The translations under genes were made by a program, and so were the position numbers. 64,000 bases of DNA from Eledone cirrhosa. Its lineage: Eukaryota. How positions within the stretch are numbered: position 1 is the first letter of the stretch; the number at the start of each line of letters is the position of its first letter. This document shows, piece by piece, positions 1-13,029 of this stretch. The DNA lies in assembly GCA_964016885.1 (NCBI GenBank), contig OZ024748.1:38998001-39062000 (forward strand), written 5' to 3'. The notes beneath the pieces are model-generated. The model had not been told where the DNA came from. It ran no database searches and was given only the letters and a program-made list of their open reading frames with translations.

Positions 1-1113
1 GTTGTGATTGTTGTTGTTGTTGCTGTTGTTGTGGTGGTGGTGGTTGTGGTGTTGTTGTGGTTGTGGTTGTGGTGGTGGTTGTTGTTCTTGTTGTGGTGGT
101 TGTGGTTGTTGTTTTTGTTGTGGTTGTTGTAGTTGTTGTTGTTGTGGTTGTGGTGGTTGTGGTTGCTGTTGTGGTTGTGGTTGTGGTGGTGGTTGTGGTG
201 GTGGTTGTTGTGGTGGTTGTTGTGGTTGTTGTGGTGGTTGTTGTGGTTGTGGTTGTTGTTGTGGTTGTGGTTGTGGTTGTGGTTGTGGTTGTTGTGGTGG
301 TTGTTGTTGTGGTTGTGGTTGTTGTGGTGGTTGTGGTGGTTGTGGTTGTTGTTGTTGTGGTGGTTGTTGTGGTGGTTGTTTTGGTTGTGGTTGTTGTTGT
401 GGTTGTGGTTGTGGTTGTGGTTGTTGTGGTGGTTGTTGTTGTGGTTTTGGTTGTTGTTGTGGTGGTTGTGGTTGTTGTTGTGGTTGTTGTTGTTGTTGTG
501 GTTATTGTGGTTGTGGTTGTGGTTGTTGTGGTTGTGGTTGTGGTTGTTGTTGTGGTTGTTGTTGTGGTTGTTGTTGTGGTTGTGGTTGTGGTTGTTGTTG
601 TGGTTGTGGTTGTGGTTTTGTTGTGGTTGTGGTTGTGGTTTTGTTGTGGTTGTGGTTGTGGTTGTGGTTGTGGTTATGGTTGTTGTTGTGGCTGTTGTTG
701 TGGTTGTTGTTGTGGTTGCTGTTGTGGTTGTTGTTGCGGTTGTGGTTGTTATTGTGGTGGTTGTGGTTGTTGTTGTGGTTGCTGTTGTTGTTGTTGTTGT
801 GATAGTTGTTGTTGTGGTTGTGGTTGCGGTTGTTGTTGTTGTGGTTGTTGTTGTAGTGGTTGTGGTTGTTGTTGTGGTTGTGGTGGTGGCTATGGTTGTT
901 GTGGTTGTGGTTGTTGTGGTTGTGGTTGTTGTTGTTGTTGTTGTTGTTGTTGTGGTTGTTGTGGTTGTGGTTGTGGTTGTTGTTGTGGTTGTGGTTGTTG
1001 TGGTTGTTGTTGTGGTTGTGGTTGTGGTTGTGGTTGTGGTTGTTGTGGTTGTTGTTGTGGTTGTGGTTGTGGTTTTTCTTGTTGTTGTGGTTGTGGTTGT
1101 TATGGTTGTTGTG
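1..1113. repeat. (GTT/GGT)n compound microsatellite
   Basis: Degenerate GTT/GTG triplets throughout; the poly-V, CG and LW ORFs are artefacts. Confidence 0.95.
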
Positions 1114-1228
1114 GCAGCATGGCTTAGAGACATGTATATATATATATATATACATGTGTGTGTGTGTGTGTGTATTGCATAAACATATTTCCGTTTTTGC
1201 GTGTGCATATGTACATTGTCTCTTTTTT

Positions 1229-1292
<64 letters not shown>

Positions 1293-1299
<7 letters not shown>

Positions 1300-4200
1300 C
1301 AAATAACGAAACGAAATTAAATTTCGTTTCATTTGTAACTCACTTTTGTATGACTGACGCTTAAACAATTAAGTTAAAGATGTACATCCATATATGTATA
1401 CTGAAATACTAGTATGTATATGAATACACACACGTATACATATGTAGATGTACCAAGTTTTTTCACTGGTCACTTTACTGTGAGTGGCCAGCTATTCTGT
1501 ATGTAAACACACAGACAAACCGGTTTTTAGAGTCATACTGGTTTTTGAGGAAACACCTTTCCTCTATTCTCCAGAAAGCCAGACAAGGAATATTGAACTA
1601 GTTTCGTTGTTGTTACAACTCATCAGCAATATTTACCTATCTTCCGGCCTCTCTAGAGAATCGTAAAAGCACATATCGTTATATGCTTTTTCTATGAAAA
1701 TTAGTAGTGGGCAGACTAATTTGCATAGAGTGTGAGTAAGTACCGGTTCAACGGAGACGATAAAAACAAATAACGAAACGAAATTAAATTTCGTTTCATT
1801 TGTAACTCACTTTTGTATGACTGACGCTTAAACAATTAAGTTAAAGATGTACATCCATATATGTATACTGAAATACTAGTATGTATATGAATACACACAT
1901 GTATACATATGTAGATGTACCAAGTTTTTTCACTGGTCACTTTACTGTGAGTGGCCAGCTATTCTGTATGTAAACACACAGACAAACCGGTTTTTAGAGT
2001 CATACTGGTTTTTGAGGAAACACCTTTCCTCTATTCTCCAGAAAGCCAGACAAGGAATATTGAACTAGTTTCGTTGTTGTTACAACTCATCAGCAATATT
2101 TACCTATCTTCCGGCCTCTCTAGAGAATCGTAAAAGCACATATCGTTATATGCTTTTTCTATGAAAATTAGTAGTGGGCAGACTAATTTGCATAGAGTGT
2201 GAGTAAGTACCGGTTCAACGGAGACGATAAAAACAAATAACGAAACGAAATTAAATTTCGTTTCATTTGTAACTCACTTTTGTATGACTGACGCTTAAAC
2301 AATTAAGTTAAAGATGTACATCCATATATGTATACTGAAATACTAGTATGTATATGAATACACACACGTATACATATGTAGATGTACCAAGTTTTTTCAC
2401 TGGTCACTTTACTGTGAGTGGCCAGCTATTCTGTATGTAAACACACAGACAAACCGGTTTTTAGAGTCATACTGGTTTTTGAGGAAACACCTTTCCTCTA
2501 TTCTCCAGAAAGCCAGACAAGGAATATTGAACTAGTTTCGTTGTTGTTACAACTCATCAGCAATATTTACCTATCTTCCGGCCTCTCTAGAGAATCGTAA
2601 AAGCACATATCGTTATATGCTTTTTCTATGAAAATTAGTAGTGGGCAGACTAATTTGCATAGAGTGTGAGTAAGTACCGGTTCAACGGAGACGATAAAAA
2701 CAAATAACGAAACGAAATTAAATTTCGTTTCATTTGTAACTCACTTTTGTATGACTGACGCTTAAACAATTAAGTTAAAGATGTACATCCATATATGTAT
2801 ACTGAAATACTAGTATGTATATGAATACACACACGTATACATATGTAGATGTACCAAGTTTTTTCACTGGTCACTTTACTGTGAGTGGCCAGCTATTCTG
2901 TATGTAAACACACAGACAAACCGGTTTTTAGAGTCATACTGGTTTTTGAGGAAACACCTTTCCTCTATTCTCCAGAAAGCCAGACAAGGAATATTGAACT
3001 AGTTTCGTTGTTGTTACAACTCATCAGCAATATTTACCTATCTTCCGGCCTCTCTAGAGAATCGTAAAAGCACATATCGTTATATGCTTTTTCTATGAAA
3101 ATTAGTAGTGGGCAGACTAATTTGCATAGAGTGTGAGTAAGTACCGGTTCAACGGAGACGATAAAAACAAATAACGAAACGAAATTAAATTTCGTTTCAT
3201 TTGTAACTCACTTTTGTATGACTGACGCTTAAACAATTAAGTTAAAGATGTACATCCATATATGTATACTGAAATACTAGTATGTATATGAATACACACA
3301 CGTATACATATGTAGATGTACCAAGTTTTTTCACTGGTCACTTTACTGTGAGTGGCCAGCTATTCTGTATGTAAACACACAGACAAACCGGTTTTTAGAG
3401 TCATACTGGTTTTTGAGGAAACACCTTTCCTCTATTCTCCAGAAAGCCAGACAAGGAATATTGAACTAGTTTCGTTGTTGTTACAACTCATCAGCAATAT
3501 TTAACTATCTTCCGGCCTCTCTAGAGAATCGTAAAAGCACATATCGTTATATGCTTTTTCTATGAAAATTAGTAGTGGGCAGACTAATTTGCATAGAGTG
3601 TGAGTAAGTACCGGTTCAACGGAGACGATAAAAACAAATAACGAAACGAAATTAAATTTCGTTTCATTTGTAACTCACTTTTGTATGACTGACGCTTAAA
3701 CAATTAAGTTAAAGATGTACATCCATATATGTATACTGAAATACTAGTATGTATATGAATACACACACGTATACATATGTAGATGTACCAAGTTTTTTCA
3801 CTGGTCACTTTACTGTGAGTGGCCAGCTATTCTGTATGTAAACACACAGACAAACCGGTTTTTAGAGTCATACTGGTTTTTGAGGAAACACCTTTCCTCT
3901 ATTCTCCAGAAAGCCAGACAAGGAATATTGAACTAGTTTCGTTGTTGTTACAACTCATCAGCAATATTTACCTATCTTCCGGCCTCTCTAGAGAATCGTA
4001 AAAGCACATATCGTTATATGCTTTTTCTATGAAAATTAGTAGTGGGCAGACTAATTTGCATAGAGTGTGAGTAAGTACCGGTTCAACGGAGACGATAAAA
4101 ACAAATAACGAAACGAAATTAAATTTCGTTTCATTTGTAACTCACTTTTGTATGACTGACGCTTAAACAATTAAGTTAAAGATGTACATCCATATATGTA

Positions 4201-7200
4201 TACTGAAATACTAGTATGTATATGAATACACACACGTATACATATGTAGATGTACCAAGTTTTTTCACTGGTCACTTTACTGTGAGTGGCCAGCTATTCT
4301 GTATGTAAACACACAGACAAACCGGTTTTTAGAGTCATACTGGTTTTTGAGGAAACACCTTTCCTCTATTCTCCAGAAAGCCAGACAAGGAATATTGAAC
4401 TAGTTTCGTTGTTGTTACAACTCATCAGCAATATTTACCTATCTTCCGGCCTCTCTAGAGAATCGTAAAAGCACATATCGTTATATGCTTTTTCTATGAA
4501 AATTAGTAGTGGGCAGACTAATTTGCATAGAGTGTGAGTAAGTACCGGTTCAACGGAGACGATAAAAACAAATAACGAAACGAAATTAAATTTCGTTTCA
4601 TTTGTAACTCACTTTTGTATGACTGACGCTTAAACAATTAAGTTAAAGATGTACATCCATATATGTATACTGAAATACTAGTATGTATATGAATACACAC
4701 ACGTATACATATGTAGATGTACCAAGTTTTTTCACTGGTCACTTTACTGTGAGTGGCCAGCTATTCTGTATGTAAACACACAGACAAACCGGTTTTTAGA
4801 GTCATACTGGTTTTTGAGGAAACACCTTTCCTCTATTCTCCAGAAAGCCAGACAAGGAATATTGAACTAGTTTCGTTGTTGTTACAACTCATCAGCAATA
4901 TTTACCTATCTTCCGGCCTCTCTAGAGAATCGTAAAAGCACATATCGTTATATGCTTTTTCTATGAAAATTAGTAGTGGGCAGACTAATTTGCATAGAGT
5001 GTGAGTAAGTACCGGTTCAACGGAGACGATAAAAACAAATAACGAAACGAAATTAAATTTCGTTTCATTTGTAACTCACTTTTGTATGACTGACGCTTAA
5101 ACAATTAAGTTAAAGATGTACATCCATATATGTATACTGAAATACTAGTATGTATATGAATACACACACGTATACATATGTAGATGTACCAAGTTTTTTC
5201 ACTGGTCACTTTACTGTGAGTGGCCAGCTATTCTGTATGTAAACACACAGACAAACCGGTTTTTAGAGTCATACTGGTTTTTGAGGAAACACCTTTCCTC
5301 TATTCTCCAGAAAGCCAGACAAGGAATATTGAACTAGTTTCGTTGTTGTTACAACTCATCAGCAATATTTACCTATCTTCCGGCCTCTCTAGAGAATCGT
5401 AAAAGCACATATCGTTATATGCTTTTTCTATGAAAATTAGTAGTGGGCAGACTAATTTGCATAGAGTGTGAGTAAGTACCGGTTCAACGGAGACGATAAA
5501 AACAAATAACGAAACGAAATTAAATTTCGTTTCATTTGTAACTCACTTTTGTATGACTGACGCTTAAACAATTAAGTTAAAGATGTACATCCATATATGT
5601 ATACTGAAATACTAGTATGTATATGAATACACACACGTATACATATGTAGATGTACCAAGTTTTTTCACTGGTCACTTTACTGTGAGTGGCCAGCTATTC
5701 TGTATGTAAACACACAGACAAACCGGTTTTTAGAGTCATACTGGTTTTTGAGGAAACACCTTTCCTCTATTCTCCAGAAAGCCAGACAAGGAATATTGAA
5801 CTAGTTTCGTTGTTGTTACAACTCATCAGCAATATTTACCTATCTTCCGGCCTCTCTAGAGAATCGTAAAAGCACATATCGTTATATGCTTTTTCTATGA
5901 AAATTAGTAGTGGGCAGACTAATTTGCATAGAGTGTGAGTAAGTACCGGTTCAACGGAGACGATAAAAACAAATAACGAAACGAAATTAAATTTCGTTTC
6001 ATTTGTAACTCACTTTTGTATGACTGACGCTTAAACAATTAAGTTAAAGATGTACATCCATATATGTATACTGAAATACTAGTATGTATATGAATACACA
6101 CACGTATACATATGTAGATGTACCAAGTTTTTTCACTGGTCACTTTACTGTGAGTGGCCAGCTATTCTGTATGTAAACACACAGACAAACCGGTTTTTAG
6201 AGTCATACTGGTTTTTGAGGAAACACCTTTCCTCTATTCTCCAGAAAGCCAGACAAGGAATATTGAACTAGTTTCGTTGTTGTTACAACTCATCAGCAAT
6301 ATTTACCTATCTTCCGGCCTCTCTAGAGAATCGTAAAAGCACATATCGTTATATGCTTTTTCTATGAAAATTAGTAGTGGGCAGACTAATTTGCATAGAG
6401 TGTGAGTAAGTACCGGTTCAACGGAGACGATAAAAACAAATAACGAAACGAAATTAAATTTCGTTTCATTTGTAACTCACTTTTGTATGACTGACGCTTA
6501 AACAATTAAGTTAAAGATGTACATCCATATATGTATACTGAAATACTAGTATGTATATGAATACACACACGTATACATATGTAGATGTACCAAGTTTTTT
6601 CACTGGTCACTTTACTGTGAGTGGCCAGCTATTCTGTATGTAAACACACAGACAAACCGGTTTTTAGAGTCATACTGGTTTTTGAGGAAACACCTTTCCT
6701 CTATTCTCCAGAAAGCCAGACAAGGAATATTGAACTAGTTTCGTTGTTGTTACAACTCATCAGCAATATTTACCTATCTTCCGGCCTCTCTAGAGAATCG
6801 TAAAAGCACATATCGTTATATGCTTTTTCTATGAAAATTAGTAGTGGGCAGACTAATTTGCATAGAGTGTGAGTAAGTACCGGTTCAACGGAGACGATAA
6901 AAACAAATAACGAAACGAAATTAAATTTCGTTTCATTTGTAACTCACTTTTGTATGACTGACGCTTAAACAATTAAGTTAAAGATGTACATCCATATATG
7001 TATACTGAAATACTAGTATGTATATGAATACACACACGTATACATATGTAGATGTACCAAGTTTTTTCACTGGTCACTTTACTGTGAGTGGCCAGCTATT
7101 CTGTATGTAAACACACAGACAAACCGGTTTTTAGAGTCATACTGGTTTTTGAGGAAACACCTTTCCTCTATTCTCCAGAAAGCCAGACAAGGAATATTGA

Positions 7201-8630
7201 ACTAGTTTCGTTGTTGTTACAACTCATCAGCAATATTTACCTATCTTCCGGCCTCTCTAGAGAATCGTAAAAGCACATATCGTTATATGCTTTTTCTATG
7301 AAAATTAGTAGTGGGCAGACTAATTTGCATAGAGTGTGAGTAAGTACCGGTTCAACGGAGACGATAAAAACAAATAACGAAACGAAATTAAATTTCGTTT
7401 CATTTGTAACTCACTTTTGTATGACTGACGCTTAAACAATTAAGTTAAAGATGTACATCCATATATGTATACTGAAATACTAGTATGTATATGAATACAC
7501 ACACGTATACATATGTAGATGTACCAAGTTTTTTCACTGGTCACTTTACTGTGAGTGGCCAGCTATTCTGTATGTAAACACACAGACAAACCGGTTTTTA
7601 GAGTCATACTGGTTTTTGAGGAAACACCTTTCCTCTATTCTCCAGAAAGCCAGACAAGGAATATTGAACTAGTTTCGTTGTTGTTACAACTCATCAGCAA
7701 TATTTACCTATCTTCCGGCCTCTCTAGAGAATCGTAAAAGCACATATCGTTATATGCTTTTTCTATGAAAATTAGTAGTGGGCAGACTAATTTGCATAGA
7801 GTGTGAGTAAGTACCGGTTCAACGGAGACGATAAAAACAAATAACGAAACGAAATTAAATTTCGTTTCATTTGTAACTCACTTTTGTATGACTGACGCTT
7901 AAACAATTAAGTTAAAGATGTACATCCATATATGTATACTGAAATACTAGTATGTATATGAATACACACACGTATACATATGTAGATGTACCAAGTTTTT
8001 TCACTGGTCACTTTACTGTGAGTGGCCAGCTATTCTGTATGTAAACACACAGACAAACCGGTTTTTAGAGTCATACTGGTTTTTGAGGAAACACCTTTCC
8101 TCTATTCTCCAGAAAGCCAGACAAGGAATATTGAACTAGTTTCGTTGTTGTTACAACTCATCAGCAATATTTACCTATCTTCCGGCCTCTCTAGAGAATC
8201 GTAAAAGCACATATCGTTATATGCTTTTTCTATGAAAATTAGTAGTGGGCAGACTAATTTGCATAGAGTGTGAGTAAGTACCGGTTCAACGGAACGATAA
8301 AAACAAATAACGAAACGAAATTAAATTTCGTTTCATTTGTAACTCACTTTTGTATGACTGACGCTTAAACAATTAAGTTAAAGATGTACATCCATATATG
8401 TATACTGAAATACTAGTATGTATATGAATACACACACGTATACATATGTAGATGTACCAAGTTTTTTCACTGGTCACTTTACTGTGAGTGGCCAGCTATT
8501 CTGTATGTAAACACACAGACAAACCGGTTTTTAGAGTCATACTGGTTTTTGAGGAAACACCTTTCCTCTATTCTCCAGAAAGCCAGACAAGGAATATTGA
8601 ACTAGTTTCGTTGTTGTTACAACTCATCAG
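1293..8630 (-). repeat. 467-bp tandem array, left arm (~15.7 units), retrozyme family 1
   Basis: Identical text recurs every 467 nt (ORF track 1484, 1951, 2418 ...); each unit has an HHR on the minus strand; starts directly after (TA)n. Confidence 0.95.
1589..1633 (-). ncRNA. Minimal type I hammerhead ribozyme (first of 15 complete left-arm copies, +467 spacing)
   Basis: Minus strand reads AATATTG-CTGATGA-GTTG taacaa CAAC-GAAA-C ta GTT-CAATATT: stem I, core CUGAUGA, stem II, GAAA, 2-bp stem III within palindrome AACTAGTT, GUU site. Confidence 0.9.
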
Positions 8631-8760
8631 TATACATATATGGATGTACATCTTTAACTTAATTGTTTAAGCGTCAGTCATACAAAAGTGAGTTACAAAT
8701 GAAACGAAATTTAATTTCGTTTCGTTATTTGTTTTTATCGTCTCCGTTGAACCGGTACTT

Positions 8761-8820
8761 ACTCACACTCTATGCAAATTAGTCTGCCCACTACTAATTT
8801 TCATAGAAAAAGCATATAAC
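8761..8820 (+). promoter_or_regulatory. Octamer (ATGCAAAT) + conserved block + TATA-like module upstream of the HHR, present in every unit
   Basis: ATGCAAAT 8772-8779 and CATATAA 8813-8819; block conserved with the same spacing in family 2 (62971-63030). Confidence 0.55.
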
Positions 8821-8864
8821 GATATGTGCTTTTACGATTCTCTAGAGAGGCCGGAAGATAGGTA

Positions 8865-8909
8865 AATATTGCTGATGAGTTGTAACAACAACGAAACTAG
8901 TTCAATATT
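8865..8909 (+). ncRNA. Minimal type I hammerhead ribozyme (first of 7 right-arm copies)
   Basis: CTGATGA 8872-8878, GAAA 8893-8896, predicted cleavage after GUU at 8902; stem I extends via TTCTCTAGA...CCGGA / TCTGG...TCTGGAGAA. Confidence 0.9.
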
Positions 8910-11900
8910 CCTTGTCTGGCTTTCTGGAGAATAGAGGAAAGGTGTTTCCTCAAAAACCAGTATGACTCTAAAAACCGGTTTGTCTGTGTGTTTACATACA
9001 GAATAGCTGGCCACTCACAGTAAAGTGACCAGTGAAAAAACTTGGTACATCTACATATGTATACGTGTGTGTATTCATATACATACTAGTATTTCAGTAT
9101 ACATATATGGATGTACATCTTTAACTTAATTGTTTAAGCGTCAGTCATACAAAAGTGAGTTACAAATGAAACGAAATTTAATTTCGTTTCGTTATTTGTT
9201 TTTATCGTCTCCGTTGAACCGGTACTTACTCACACTCTATGCAAATTAGTCTGCCCACTACTAATTTTCATAGAAAAAGCATATAACGATATGTGCTTTT
9301 ACGATTCTCTAGAGAGGCCGGAAGATAGGTAAATATTGCTGATGAGTTGTAACAACAACGAAACTAGTTCAATATTCCTTGTCTGGCTTTCTGGAGAATA
9401 GAGGAAAGGTGTTTCCTCAAAAACCAGTATGACTCTAAAAACCGGTTTGTCTGTGTGTTTACATACAGAATAGCTGGCCACTCACAGTAAAGTGACCAGT
9501 GAAAAAACTTGGTACATCTACATATGTATACGTGTGTGTATTCATATACATACTAGTATTTCAGTATACATATATGGATGTACATCTTTAACTTAATTGT
9601 TTAAGCGTCAGTCATACAAAAGTGAGTTACAAATGAAACGAAATTTAATTTCGTTTCGTTATTTGTTTTTATCGTCTCCGTTGAACCGGTACTTACTCAC
9701 ACTCTATGCAAATTAGTCTGCCCACTACTAATTTTCATAGAAAAAGCATATAACGATATGTGCTTTTACGATTCTCTAGAGAGGCCGGAAGATAGGTAAA
9801 TATTGCTGATGAGTTGTAACAACAACGAAACTAGTTCAATATTCCTTGTCTGGCTTTCTGGAGAATAGAGGAAAGGTGTTTCCTCAAAAACCAGTATGAC
9901 TCTAAAAACCGGTTTGTCTGTGTGTTTACATACAGAATAGCTGGCCACTCACAGTAAAGTGACCAGTGAAAAAACTTGGTACATCTACATATGTATACGT
10001 GTGTGTATTCATATACATACTAGTATTTCAGTATACATATATGGATGTACATCTTTAACTTAATTGTTTAAGCGTCAGTCATACAAAAGTGAGTTACAAA
10101 TGAAACGAAATTTAATTTCGTTTCGTTATTTGTTTTTATCGTCTCCGTTGAACCGGTACTTACTCACACTCTATGCAAATTAGTCTGCCCACTACTAATT
10201 TTCATAGAAAAAGCATATAACGATATGTGCTTTTACGATTCTCTAGAGAGGCCGGAAGATAGGTAAATATTGCTGATGAGTTGTAACAACAACGAAACTA
10301 GTTCAATATTCCTTGTCTGGCTTTCTGGAGAATAGAGGAAAGGTGTTTCCTCAAAAACCAGTATGACTCTAAAAACCGGTTTGTCTGTGTGTTTACATAC
10401 AGAATAGCTGGCCACTCACAGTAAAGTGACCAGTGAAAAAACTTGGTACATCTACATATGTATACGTGTGTGTATTCATATACATACTAGTATTTCAGTA
10501 TACATATATGGATGTACATCTTTAACTTAATTGTTTAAGCGTCAGTCATACAAAAGTGAGTTACAAATGAAACGAAATTTAATTTCGTTTCGTTATTTGT
10601 TTTTATCGTCTCCGTTGAACCGGTACTTACTCACACTCTATGCAAATTAGTCTGCCCACTACTAATTTTCATAGAAAAAGCATATAACGATATGTGCTTT
10701 TACGATTCTCTAGAGAGGCCGGAAGATAGGTAAATATTGCTGATGAGTTGTAACAACAACGAAACTAGTTCAATATTCCTTGTCTGGCTTTCTGGAGAAT
10801 AGAGGAAAGGTGTTTCCTCAAAAACCAGTATGACTCTAAAAACCGGTTTGTCTGTGTGTTTACATACAGAATAGCTGGCCACTCACAGTAAAGTGACCAG
10901 TGAAAAAACTTGGTACATCTACATATGTATACGTGTGTGTATTCATATACATACTAGTATTTCAGTATACATATATGGATGTACATCTTTAACTTAATTG
11001 TTTAAGCGTCAGTCATACAAAAGTGAGTTACAAATGAAACGAAATTTAATTTCGTTTCGTTATTTGTTTTTATCGTCTCCGTTGAACCGGTACTTACTCA
11101 CACTCTATGCAAATTAGTCTGCCCACTACTAATTTTCATAGAAAAAGCATATAACGATATGTGCTTTTACGATTCTCTAGAGAGGCCGGAAGATAGGTAA
11201 ATATTGCTGATGAGTTGTAACAACAACGAAACTAGTTCAATATTCCTTGTCTGGCTTTCTGGAGAATAGAGGAAAGGTGTTTCCTCAAAAACCAGTATGA
11301 CTCTAAAAACCGGTTTGTCTGTGTGTTTACATACAGAATAGCTGGCCACTCACAGTAAAGTGACCAGTGAAAAAACTTGGTACATCTACATATGTATACG
11401 TGTGTGTATTCATATACATACTAGTATTTCAGTATACATATATGGATGTACATCTTTAACTTAATTGTTTAAGCGTCAGTCATACAAAAGTGAGTTACAA
11501 ATGAAACGAAATTTAATTTCGTTTCGTTATTTGTTTTTATCGTCTCCGTTGAACCGGTACTTACTCACACTCTATGCAAATTAGTCTGCCCACTACTAAT
11601 TTTCATAGAAAAAGCATATAACGATATGTGCTTTTACGATTCTCTAGAGAGGCCGGAAGATAGGTAAATATTGCTGATGAGTTGTAACAACAACGAAACT
11701 AGTTCAATATTCCTTGTCTGGCTTTCTGGAGAATAGAGGAAAGGTGTTTCCTCAAAAACCAGTATGACTCTAAAAACCGGTTTGTCTGTGTGTTTACATA
11801 CAGAATAGCTGGCCACTCACAGTAAAGTGACCAGTGAAAAAACTTGGTACATCTACATATGTATACGTGTGTGTATTCATATACATACTAGTATTTCAGT

Positions 11901-11927
11901 ATACATATATGGATGTACATCTTTAAC

Positions 11928-11991
<64 letters not shown>

Positions 11992-12004
11992 TATACACAC
12001 ATAT

Positions 12005-12076
<72 letters not shown>

Positions 12077-13029
12077 TATATATATATATGAAGGTGTTTG
12101 TGCGTAAGAAATATTTTATCTATTGTTTTACAGTTAAACACAATTGAAAGATGTGAGAAAATGTCTTTTTATTTATCTCTTACGTAAGCTGATGGCTTCT
12201 CTCTTGCTTCTCATCTACTAGAAATATTTAGCATTATTGTTGTTGTTGTTATAGCTGTAGTTGTAGTTGTTATAGTTGTTGTTATTGTTGCAGTTGCTAC
12301 TGAAGATGTTTTCTGTTCTTCAAAAATATGTTCACCAAACTTTTTTTATTATAGTTGTTACTGTTGTTGTTCTTGTCACTATTATTGTTGTTGTTGTTGC
12401 TGTCGTTGTTGTCACCATCGTTACTATATTGATGTTGTAGTTGTAGCTATTGTCGCTATTGTTGTTGTTGTTGTCGCTATTGATGTTGTTGTTGTTGTCG
12501 CTGTTACTGGTGCTAGCTTTCGTTTTATATACAGATGAACTATTTAAAACTATTTCTAAGTCCTCCCATTTCAAACCAACAAACAAAGCATTCTTAATTT
12601 GTTTAGACAAATTTTGTCAAGTTGGAGCATAAGTCCTGACTGTCACACCCAGCTGTCTAACGGATAATTTGTTGTTGTTGTTGTTTTTATCTTTAATGGA
12701 GGAGAGGAAGGTTTCATTAATCTTTCGTCTTCCTGAAAAACAAACCAGAGATAAATCTATGTCGTCTGCACTTAAACTAAAACACTGTAACACTTAAGTC
12801 AACATATATTTCTTTTTAAAACACATCAGCTCCTAACTTTGCAATCTGTGATAATAGAATGGTGCATATTTTCAAACGGAAGTAGAAAATGTCGCCAGCT
12901 TTGAAATAATCTTAATGTCCGCCATTTTAACCCAGTTTTTACGTCATTCAATAAAATTGCTTTAGTTTTTGGTGGTTTTTTTCTATCAGTATTACCTTAT
13001 CGTTGTTGTTGTTATTGCTGTTCATAGTG

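Larger units (their letters stand above)
8631..11932 (+). repeat. 467-bp tandem array, right arm (~7.1 units, inverted relative to left arm)
   Basis: Reverse complement of the left-arm unit, period 467; ends in (TA)n. Confidence 0.95.

Noticed and set aside
1484-1666. Repeated 60-aa ORF (MASYSVCKHT...)
   Set aside because: GTG start, no known motif, antisense to the HHR, and broken by a stop in one unit; by-product of the repeat
1293-11932. CRISPR-like array
   Set aside because: Units are fully identical with no variable spacers; eukaryotic context, no cas genes
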